DNA of 64,000 nt from Corallococcus sp. (lineage in GTDB: Bacteria > Bacillota > Clostridia > Christensenellales > CAG-314): assembly GCA_023665205.1 (NCBI GenBank), contig JAMPEJ010000004.1, positions 93,112-157,111 on the forward strand, written 5' to 3'. The position numbers and the translations under genes were made by a program. The notes beneath the pieces are model-generated. The model was given only the letters and a program-made list of their open reading frames with translations, did not search any database and had not been told where the DNA came from. Position 1 is the first letter of the stretch; each line of letters starts with the position of its first letter. This document shows positions 1 to 7,827 of this stretch, piece after piece.

Positions 1-1600
1 TACGCAACGCCTCGCTACCGCCGTTTTCCAGTGCTTCGTTATAACGGTCGATAATTTGTTTAAGTTCGACGGATTCTTCCAGGCGATTTTCCTCGCCGAA
101 TCTGCTTCCTACTCCGACGAGATGTTTGCAAACTTCGTACAAGTCGTCGGTAGCGGTATCTTCGATATACTTGAAACTTGCCTGCCAACTTTTGTCCGCG
201 TCAAAACCGTTTACGTTCCAAGTGTAATCTGCGCAAGCAAAAATACTTATTTTGGATGCCTCCGCTTCTTGCAACGGGTTGACCACTATTCCGCTGAACG
301 CAGCCTCCTGTCCTTCGGCAAGTTTGGTGTTGAACACTTCGCCTTTGCCGAGCAGCAAATACGGTTTGATACTTTCCAAGTCTCGCGTAGAATAGGTGTA
401 ATCGTTTACGGGCCAGTTCATCCACATAAAAGGCTTGCGTCCGTCGGTCAAAGTCGTAAATTCCTGAAACTTGCCGTTATTCGTGGTACTGCAAACCTTG
501 TTGCCCGTCCACATGATTTCCACGCTTTCGTCAAGCGCCGTTTCGCCGCTGCCTATAAGTTGATCAAAGTAGTCTTCGTTACCGTCGTAGTTGTCGCTTT
601 CGTCCGGTTTTGCCAACCAGTAAACCGTAGGAACGAACACCAGATTTTTGACGTCGCCCTTGGAATTTATCCAAGCTGTAATATCGTTGCACAAATCTTT
701 CTGCAAAACGGGATCGATGGCGTTATTGGGCATATCGTCCGCAGAAAGGGCAAACTGACGCACGCCCGCTTGATACAATTGGTCAAACTTGGCAAGCAGA
801 GTATTTAGATCTTTTTGATAGTTTGCGCGAGTAAAAGGATTGCCTTCCATAAAGGGATGGATTGCCCACACGAAACGCGTTTTCGTTTCCACTCCGGTCG
901 CTATTTGCTCTTTAAGTTCCGCAAGGTCGGTTGCGGAATACAATCCCCGCCAGTTTGATGAATGATACGGATCGTCCTTAGGAGCGTAAATATATACGTT
1001 CGTTTTGAAATTGCTTCCGAAACGCATAAGTTCCACGCGCTCGTCGGTAGTCCAAGGAATTCCGTAGTAACCTTCGATAAAACCGCGGTACTTACCGTCC
1101 GCCCAGTCTTCTATTTGCAAACGGCGAACGGTCTTGCCGCTTTGAGACAAAATCGCTTTCAGCGTTGTTACGCCGTAAAACGCCGCGTCGGTATCTTTGC
1201 CCAGCACGACTATCGCGTTGCTTGTCACGGCAAGCAGATACGCATCGTTTTTGTCGAACAATCCGCCGACAAACGACAACGAATGCGCAAAGTTATCCGC
1301 CGCGTCGCCGCTACCGTACACTCCCAAATATACTTTGGTTTGCGCGCCGTCGGCTACGATAACGTCCATTTGCGACAACGCGTCGTACAAACGGTTTACC
1401 GTAGGTTGGTCAATTGCGCTGCCGATACTTACGGAGACGGTATCTCCAACCTGCAAATTACCGCTTTCATACCGAACGCTGTGAGGTATCGGATAAATTT
1501 CGTATTCTACGCCGGCATCCGCATGCGCAGCTCCCAGCGGCACTGCCGCAATAATACTTGCCAAACAAATCACCGCCAAAACCAAAATAGATTTTTTCAT
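1..1600 (-). CDS. Glycoside hydrolase family 84 beta-N-acetylglucosaminidase (NagJ/O-GlcNAcase-like); N-terminal ~533 codons present, C-terminus lies beyond the window start
   Basis: Absent from the supplied ORF track because it runs off the edge. My translation of the minus strand from ATG at 1600 gives MKKSILVLAVICLASIIAAVPLGAAHADAGVEYEIYPIPHSVRYESG (signal peptide). It then gives YRGFIEGYYGIPWTTDERVELMRFGSNFKTNVYIYAPKDDPYH and QFALSADDM, which fit the GH84 catalytic-domain signature including the DD catalytic pair. The start overlaps the upstream stop as ATGA (1597-1600). Confidence 0.8.
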   Translation of the reverse strand, partial: MKKSILVLAVICLASIIAAVPLGAAHADAGVEYEIYPIPHSVRYESGNLQVGDTVSVSIGSAIDQPTVNRLYDALSQMDVIVADGAQTKVYLGVYGSGDAADNFAHSLSFVGGLFDKNDAYLLAVTSNAIVVLGKDTDAAFYGVTTLKAILSQSGKTVRRLQIEDWADGKYRGFIEGYYGIPWTTDERVELMRFGSNFKTNVYIYAPKDDPYHSSNWRGLYSATDLAELKEQIATGVETKTRFVWAIHPFMEGNPFTRANYQKDLNTLLAKFDQLYQAGVRQFALSADDMPNNAIDPVLQKDLCNDITAWINSKGDVKNLVFVPTVYWLAKPDESDNYDGNEDYFDQLIGSGETALDESVEIMWTGNKVCSTTNNGKFQEFTTLTDGRKPFMWMNWPVNDYTYSTRDLESIKPYLLLGKGEVFNTKLAEGQEAAFSGIVVNPLQEAEASKISIFACADYTWNVNGFDADKSWQASFKYIEDTATDDLYEVCKHLVGVGSRFGEENRLEESVELKQIIDRYNEALENGGSEALR

Positions 1601-3483
1601 TTTGCCACCCCGTTAAAGTAGGCCGCAAGAGCATTATTCAAAACGTCGTTACCGGCAAGGACCAAGACGGAGTTCCAAGACGACGCGTCGCTGTTGAAAT
1701 ATGCTTTTGTAACCGTCGCACCCAAAAACGCGTTTGCGCCGACTTTTTCCAAATTCCAGTCTAAATAAAGTTTGGAAATCGTAACGCTTACGTCGGAATC
1801 TGCCGAAGAATAGAACAGACGCGCAGGAAGGCTTGTTACGCTTGCACCTACCGTTACAGTAAGCGTCGCGTCCTTGCCTGCGTTGGCAAACGTGCGGTTG
1901 CCCGCAGCAAGGTCGTTGCAGGAAATTGCGTCGAATTGCAAGGAAGAAAGTTTGACGCAGTCTTCAAAAGCGCCGTTGCCCAAGTTTTCAAGAGGTTTGG
2001 GCAACACGACGGACTGAAGATTTTTGCAGCCGTAAAACGCGCGTTCACCCAAACTTTGCAGCGAAGAACCCAATCGGCAATCGGTCAAAGCAACACAATT
2101 TTCAAAAGCGCAGTCGCCGACGGTTTCCGTAGTGCCGGACAATTTGACCGTTTGAAGTTTTACGCAGTTTTTGAACGCATCCACTCCTACCGTTTTTACC
2201 TGAGCGCCGGACATATCGACGGACGTCAATTCGCCGCAATAGTTAAAACAGTCGTTACCTACCGACGTAAGACCCGCGCCGAAAGAAACGGTTTGCAAAT
2301 TGTAACAAGCGGCAAAAGCACTGTTGCCGATAGAAGAAACGGCGTCGCCGAATTCCACCTTTTTAAGGCGCGTGCCGTAGCAAGCGTAATCGCCGATTTT
2401 TTCCACAGACGAAGGCAAAGTCAACTCGGAGATTTTGGTTTTGTAAAACGCGTAATCGCCGATTTCTTTGACGGAACAGTTTTCCGCAAAAGTAACTTTA
2501 TCTAACGACACAGTTTTGTCGGGATTTGTTACCAGAGGCAAAAACATATTGGCAGGTATGCGCGTAACTTCCGCGCCCACGACCAATTCTATCGCCGTAG
2601 TTGCATTGGCATAAGGATAGAATACCCAGTTTTTGCCGTTGAAATCGTCGCAGTTTACGGCGTTGAAATAAATCGTTTTCAAAATAGGAGCGCGCATACA
2701 TTCGCCCATATTGAACGCACCCGCACCGAAAGTCGTCAGCGTTTCCGGAATAGTGACCGTTTCCAACCACCATATACTGCTGAAAGCTTCGGCGCCGATC
2801 TCCTTGACGGGTTTGCCGTTGTGATATGCAGGAATAACCAAGTTGCGATCGTTATAACCGGTAAGACGACCCTCTACAATGTAATACGTGCCGTCGGTAG
2901 ACAGCCGGTAGTCCAAATTTGTAGAAGCAATCTTAGTATTGCATTCGGGGCAATACAGCATATCGCAAGGACTTTCTCCGCTGTTGTCGGTTTTGATTAC
3001 CGCGTTATCGTAGTCGTGTTTAAGTTTAGACAATACGACCGTATACGTGCCGTATTGCGAACTTGAGTACACTTTTTGTCCCGCGCGGTCGCAAGAGGCG
3101 GCAACCGTTTGCAAAGAGTAGTCGTTTGATGAAAGTTTGGGTACGGCTTTTATTTCCGCATGGGCGCCGTCGTGCGAACAAACGCGGCGCATCGTGCCGT
3201 CCTTTTGTTCGGTAGGATTTACTACCGTTTTCCAACTACCATAGGCGTGACCCAAAGCATCGATTTTTTGCGCCGATACGGTTTTGCCGCACTTTTCGCA
3301 AACAGTTTCCGTAATGCCGTCTTCCGTGCAGGTTGCCTGCGTCGTGCGGACAAAAGTGCTGTCGTGCGCGCAGGGTTCGCCTTTCGGTCTAAATCCCAGA
3401 CCTAATCCCAATCCCAATGCAAGTCCCAAAACAGCGACGCCGCACACAACGGAAACGATTATGATTTTTGTTCTTTTACTCAT
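1597..3483 (-). CDS. Membrane-anchored leucine-rich-repeat (BspA/TpLRR-type) surface protein with a Cys-rich N-terminal region
   Basis: ORF 1597..3522. The likely start is ATG 3483 (MSKRTKIIIVSVVCGVAVLGLALGLGLGLGF, a TM anchor), preceded by GAGGA. There are many repeats of the type IGDYAF..C..L..V.LPSSV and IG..AF..C..L, typical of BspA-like LRR proteins. Confidence 0.75.
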   Translation of the reverse strand: MSKRTKIIIVSVVCGVAVLGLALGLGLGLGFRPKGEPCAHDSTFVRTTQATCTEDGITETVCEKCGKTVSAQKIDALGHAYGSWKTVVNPTEQKDGTMRRVCSHDGAHAEIKAVPKLSSNDYSLQTVAASCDRAGQKVYSSSQYGTYTVVLSKLKHDYDNAVIKTDNSGESPCDMLYCPECNTKIASTNLDYRLSTDGTYYIVEGRLTGYNDRNLVIPAYHNGKPVKEIGAEAFSSIWWLETVTIPETLTTFGAGAFNMGECMRAPILKTIYFNAVNCDDFNGKNWVFYPYANATTAIELVVGAEVTRIPANMFLPLVTNPDKTVSLDKVTFAENCSVKEIGDYAFYKTKISELTLPSSVEKIGDYACYGTRLKKVEFGDAVSSIGNSAFAACYNLQTVSFGAGLTSVGNDCFNYCGELTSVDMSGAQVKTVGVDAFKNCVKLQTVKLSGTTETVGDCAFENCVALTDCRLGSSLQSLGERAFYGCKNLQSVVLPKPLENLGNGAFEDCVKLSSLQFDAISCNDLAAGNRTFANAGKDATLTVTVGASVTSLPARLFYSSADSDVSVTISKLYLDWNLEKVGANAFLGATVTKAYFNSDASSWNSVLVLAGNDVLNNALAAYFNGVAK

Positions 3484-3505
3484 TATGTCCTCGTTACTGA
3501 ATAAT

Positions 3506-4909
3506 TTACTTTTTATCTGCAATAAAACGCCGCAGCACCTCTATATTGGCATACGCTTCCTCTGCCGTAGGAAATTCGGCAAATACGCGGAACACGGGTT
3601 CGGTACCGGACAAACGGATAAGCGCCCAACTGCCGTCGCTGAAAATATATTTGAAATTGCGATTGAAGTGCGTAAACTGCGCTACAGGTTTGCCGAAAGA
3701 CGGCATATTTTTTTGCAGATAATCTACAAGCCCTTCCTCGCTGTCAAAACCGATTTGATCCTCCACGCACACAAAATTGTAGTCGGCAAATTGGTGCAAA
3801 TCGGCTATGATTTGAGAAACGGGTTTATCCATTACTATCACCATTTCCGTAAACAGCATACTGCTAAAAACGCTGTCCTTGCCGAATATGTATCCGCGAA
3901 CGGTAAGTCCGCCGCTGCTTTCGCCGCCGATAAGCGCGTCCGTGCACTTGATTTCCGCAGAAATATTTTTGAAACCCACGTCTACTTCGTGACACTTGAA
4001 ACCCAGTTTTTCGGCAACCTTGTCCACCAAAACGGAGGTGGCGCAGTTTTTTACCACGTCTCCGCTCATGCCGCGGTACTTGACCAAATAATAGTACAAG
4101 GCAGCCAAAATGTCGTTGCTGGAAACGTAGTTGCCTTTTTCGTCCAGTATTCCCAAACGATCGGAATCGCTGTCCGTTCCGAAAGCGAAATCGTACTTTT
4201 CGCGCAACACGACTTCGCGCAGATGTAGCATATTCGCCTCGGTAGGATTGGGCATTTCAAAGTTGAAAAAAGCGTCGTGCTGCGTATGTAAAACGGTAAA
4301 ATTTTTGATACCTACTTCCTTAAAAAGCGGCGCTATGCAACTTGCGCCGACGCCCCACAAATTATCGTACAACACGTTAGCTTTATTGCGCTTTACTTTG
4401 GGATCCACAAAGGCTTTTATATTATCCAAATATTGACGTTTATTGGAATAATCGCGCACCAATCCCGCACTTTTAGCGGCGGCAAGAGGCATTTCCTTCG
4501 CTTTTGCCGTTTTTTGACATATCGTTTCAAGTCTGTTTGTAAACGCCACGTCGGCGTCCATACCGCCCTCCACAAACAGTTTGACGCCGTTGAAATAGTA
4601 CGGATTGTGACTAGCGGTAATCATAACGCCGTAATGTAGTTTTTCATCGCGAACGGCCGCCATGATAGCCGGAGTAGGCATCGGTTCGTCGTACAACAAC
4701 ACAGGTATACCGTTTGCCGCAAGAGTTTGCGCAACCCACTGCGCAAAACGGTCGGAACAAAACCTGTGGTCGAATCCTACCGCAACTGGCAAATCGCTTT
4801 TTTCTTCTTTGATGACCGTTGCGAGCGCCTGAGATACAAGTTGTACGTTTTGTTTGGTAAAATCGTCTCCTATAACTCCGCGGAAACCGCCGGTGCCGAA
4901 TTTTATCAT
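3506..4909 (-). CDS. Phosphoglucomutase/phosphomannomutase family (alpha-D-phosphohexomutase)
   Basis: 467-aa ORF. It has the active-site TASHNP motif (ITASHNPYYFNGVKL), the metal-binding loop FGTDSDSDR and the sugar-binding loop GGESSGG. Confidence 0.85.
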   Translation of the reverse strand: MIKFGTGGFRGVIGDDFTKQNVQLVSQALATVIKEEKSDLPVAVGFDHRFCSDRFAQWVAQTLAANGIPVLLYDEPMPTPAIMAAVRDEKLHYGVMITASHNPYYFNGVKLFVEGGMDADVAFTNRLETICQKTAKAKEMPLAAAKSAGLVRDYSNKRQYLDNIKAFVDPKVKRNKANVLYDNLWGVGASCIAPLFKEVGIKNFTVLHTQHDAFFNFEMPNPTEANMLHLREVVLREKYDFAFGTDSDSDRLGILDEKGNYVSSNDILAALYYYLVKYRGMSGDVVKNCATSVLVDKVAEKLGFKCHEVDVGFKNISAEIKCTDALIGGESSGGLTVRGYIFGKDSVFSSMLFTEMVIVMDKPVSQIIADLHQFADYNFVCVEDQIGFDSEEGLVDYLQKNMPSFGKPVAQFTHFNRNFKYIFSDGSWALIRLSGTEPVFRVFAEFPTAEEAYANIEVLRRFIADKK

Positions 4910-4983
4910 TTGGTTAATCTCCTTAGTCTTGCTTATGCCGGAAATTTCTTATTCCTGCGACAAGCGCGTTATACAGTTGCAAA

Positions 4984-5006
4984 GTGCGGTAACGATATTA
5001 CCGCAC
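4984..5006 (-). terminator. Possible hairpin terminator after the phosphoesterase gene
   Basis: GTGCGGTAA-cgata-TTACCGCAC, a 9-bp stem just downstream of the stop at 5015. The T tract on the minus strand is weak (TTTGCAAC). Confidence 0.3.
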
Positions 5007-5014
5007 CGTAAATT

Positions 5015-6547
5015 TTATTTTTGTTCGGAACGTTTGCGTTTGAGAGCGAATACGACGCCTAACGTTACGCCTGCTGTAACAAGCACGCAGCCAACCGCTA
5101 TCAAGGCGATTTGCCAAGCAAGCAGTCCGCCGTTTACGCCAGCTTCTCCGTGCAAAATCGCAAACGTGTGATACGGAACGCTGTTGAAAGCGTTATCCAT
5201 CGTATACGTCTGCACTACAATACTGTCGCCGTCTACGGTTATAGCCGTATACATCAGCGCGTTGGGATTGTTTGTTTTTACAATCAAATCCGGATCATAG
5301 TTTACGTTTGGAGTATAGTATTTACTTCCGCTCGCGCTACCGCTGTTTAGATACAACGTGCCTTTGGGTGAAAGATACGTTTCCGTTTCCGCGCCGTCTA
5401 TCACGCGAATTTCCGGTTGTTCCTCAGCCGTTTCTTCCAATACGCCGTTTACCGTATTGGCAACGATAGGCGCAGATTTGCTGTACAAGTGGTCGTGTCC
5501 CTGCAAAACCAAGTCCACGCCGTACTCCGTGAACAAAGGAGCAAGCTGTTCGCGAATTTTTGCGATGTCGTAGTCCTCGCTGCCGGAATCGATCACGGCG
5601 TTTTGACAGTGATCGCCGCTGTCGTAAATACCTTTGTGCATAAGAACTATCAACCACTCCGAATTTTTGTTGGCTTCGAGATCCGCCTTGATCCAATCGT
5701 ATTGCGCGGCGGACAACCCCGTTGCCGCAGGAGTAGTTTTGTTAGTAGTATCGTTAGTATTAAGACACACAAAGTGCGCGTTGGAGTAGTTGAAAGAATA
5801 ATAGCAGCCGGTCGACGTATCCGAGCCTTGCGGAACGTCGTAGGTAAAACGGGAGTAAAAATCGTCGGTTGCCGCTTCGTGGTTTCCGGCGACGGCAGCA
5901 ACAGGCGTGTGTCCCATAAAGTCAAACCTATCCGTCAGCGCCCATTCCCACTGTTCCAGTTGCGGAGTGTGCTCCGCCCAACTGTTGTTGACGATATCGC
6001 CCGTCAGCGCCACGAAAGAAAAATTGTAAAGGCTGCTTGCCGAGGCAAGCATTTTGCCGTAATTTTCATAATAACGTTGTTCGTAGGCCTGCGGATCGCT
6101 TACGTGCAAAAACGTAAACGCGCCCTCGCCGGACGTTTTGAAACTGCCTTGCTCGCTGAAATTTTGCAGTTCGCAGTCGCCTACTTTGAATATGTATTCT
6201 GTTGCGGGCGTAAGATGCGACGCTACGGCTCTGTGAATATAGCCGTCGCCCGCGACGGTGCTTTTGGTTGCAGTTCCGACAAATTTTTTAACGGACGCAG
6301 ATTCGAAACCCTGCGCGTCGGATTTTTCCACAATCAAAACGTCGCTACCCGCATATTGGATAGTGTTCCAGTTAAATGCCATTTGCGTAGTCGTATCGCC
6401 GTACAGGCACACCGTTATCATACGTGGTGCTTGATTGGGGTTTACGACCTGCACTGCTTGTGCAGCGGCGGGAAAAGCCGCCGCTGCTACGATAAGCAAT
6501 GCTACAAAAATAATAGATAAAGTTTTTGCGACAAATTTACTTGTCAT
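5015..6547 (-). CDS. Secreted, C-terminally anchored metallophosphoesterase with a purple-acid-phosphatase-type N-terminal domain
   Basis: Signal peptide MTSKFVAKTLSIIFVALLIVAAAAFPAAAQA. Calcineurin-like motifs are present: GD (LTGDIVNN), GNHE (VAGNHEA) and GHDH (LQGHDHLY). A C-terminal TM segment is followed by KRKRSEQK. Confidence 0.75.
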   Translation of the reverse strand: MTSKFVAKTLSIIFVALLIVAAAAFPAAAQAVQVVNPNQAPRMITVCLYGDTTTQMAFNWNTIQYAGSDVLIVEKSDAQGFESASVKKFVGTATKSTVAGDGYIHRAVASHLTPATEYIFKVGDCELQNFSEQGSFKTSGEGAFTFLHVSDPQAYEQRYYENYGKMLASASSLYNFSFVALTGDIVNNSWAEHTPQLEQWEWALTDRFDFMGHTPVAAVAGNHEAATDDFYSRFTYDVPQGSDTSTGCYYSFNYSNAHFVCLNTNDTTNKTTPAATGLSAAQYDWIKADLEANKNSEWLIVLMHKGIYDSGDHCQNAVIDSGSEDYDIAKIREQLAPLFTEYGVDLVLQGHDHLYSKSAPIVANTVNGVLEETAEEQPEIRVIDGAETETYLSPKGTLYLNSGSASGSKYYTPNVNYDPDLIVKTNNPNALMYTAITVDGDSIVVQTYTMDNAFNSVPYHTFAILHGEAGVNGGLLAWQIALIAVGCVLVTAGVTLGVVFALKRKRSEQK

Positions 6548-6573
6548 TGTCTTGCTCCGTTTCGTTTTTCGTA

Positions 6574-7680
6574 TTAGACTGCCGCCACAAGCAGTGTAAC
6601 GTCCGTCAACGTTACTTCGCCGAAAGATTCGATCTCAATTTGTATTGTTGTGCAGTTCTGCGGCGTTTCCAACACGATCGGTTCGCCAAGCGTGCCGGCA
6701 ACTTCGCCCGTGACGACTACGTCGTCCACAATACTGCCGTAGATAACCTTGACGTTGGCGTTGCCGTTACCCTCTACAAGCAAGTTGTACGTCAGCCCTA
6801 AACAATCTAAATACACGTTTTGCACCAACGTACCGTCAAGTGTCAAATTGCCGTTATTTACAAGTGCAGTGCCATCGGTAACGCTCCAAGCGTCGTTTAC
6901 CGTTACGTCGTAGTCAAAGTTTCCGTTAGCAATCAGGTTTTTGACAGGAATTTCCAAGTCCGCCACCCAACCGCCGTTGGCAAGCGTATTGCAATTTTCT
7001 TTGTCGGCGATTTCGCCGTCAAAAGGCATATAAGTAAAGTATTTTACAACGGCGCAATCCGTTTCGAAGTCTGCTTCGCCGCACCATTGATACGGGAACC
7101 AACACCCGATATTGACGTACATTTCGTTGGTAGGCACGTTGGTATACTGCGTAACCACAAGTACGCCGTCAATGTAGTACTCTACGCGCGCATCGTTGCC
7201 CGTGTGCCAATCTATGCGGTAGGTGTGGAAATTGCCGTCGGCAAGGTTGTACCCGACGTTTTTGTACTCGCTGGTATAACTCTGCTCAGTAACCCAAGTG
7301 GTAAACAACGGCGTCGCCAAGTTGCCTATATTTTTACTGCCGTTGTCCATGCCCAACAATTTGCCGTTTACAACCGCAGTCCCGTGAATTTCTATATCTA
7401 TTTCGTAGTTGTGGACACGTCCGTCCGCGCCGACAAAATTGTTGTACAGCCACATCGACGTGCAAATGCCGTTGAATGAAGGTATCTTCATGGACACTTC
7501 GAAACTGCCCGGTCCGTACGTCTGTGTGGACTGTACTTTGGCGCCCGTACGCTGTCCGCCGCTTACAAGAGAATCTTGCGCGCCGACGTCAATGCCTTGT
7601 TTATCGCCCGCATACCAATCTCCGTTGACGATGAGTACAAGATTTCCGTCTTCGTCAAAAGCGACGTTGTCTGCAAGCAC
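6574..7680 (-). CDS. Glycoside hydrolase family 16 domain plus a C-terminal CBM-like beta-sandwich; the ORF as called starts at GTG 7680, but GH16 homology continues upstream in frame to 7818 with no start codon (see findings)
   Basis: The catalytic motif E-I-D-I-E is present (HNYEIDIEIHG). It is paralogous to the GH16 at 17130..18659. There is no signal peptide. Forty-six in-frame upstream codons (FNSAIDRNEWFTKDQIWSGAF...) align with the N-terminal strand of the paralog. Confidence 0.8.
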   Translation of the reverse strand: MLADNVAFDEDGNLVLIVNGDWYAGDKQGIDVGAQDSLVSGGQRTGAKVQSTQTYGPGSFEVSMKIPSFNGICTSMWLYNNFVGADGRVHNYEIDIEIHGTAVVNGKLLGMDNGSKNIGNLATPLFTTWVTEQSYTSEYKNVGYNLADGNFHTYRIDWHTGNDARVEYYIDGVLVVTQYTNVPTNEMYVNIGCWFPYQWCGEADFETDCAVVKYFTYMPFDGEIADKENCNTLANGGWVADLEIPVKNLIANGNFDYDVTVNDAWSVTDGTALVNNGNLTLDGTLVQNVYLDCLGLTYNLLVEGNGNANVKVIYGSIVDDVVVTGEVAGTLGEPIVLETPQNCTTIQIEIESFGEVTLTDVTLLVAAV

Positions 7681-7813
7681 GCCGCCGTGCGTTTGCAGGT
7701 AAAGTGCAAACTCCTCCGCGTCAAGGGGGAGGCGGTTGCCCGCCTCGTCTTCCTTAAAAGCGCCGGACCAAATCTGGTCTTTGGTAAACCATTCGTTCCT
7801 ATCTATGGCTGAG

Positions 7814-7827
7814 TTAAAGACCCTCCT
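7814..7827 (-). other. Candidate prfB-like +1 ribosomal frameshift motif: AGGAGG-GU-CUU-UAA(-C)
   Basis: Minus strand 7828->7813 reads CAG GAG GGU CUU UAA C. A Shine-Dalgarno-like AGGAGG lies 2-3 nt upstream of CUU, followed by a stop and then C. The +1 frame reads UUU AAC and continues as the GH16 domain. Confidence 0.35.

Noticed and set aside
56-1621. Plus-strand ORFs 56..808 (250 aa) and 962..1621 (219 aa) from the ORF track
   Set aside because: They are antisense shadows of the GH84 gene. The minus-strand translation gives a signal peptide and clear GH84 motifs, while the plus-strand products are low-complexity and rich in R, F and V with no recognisable motifs.
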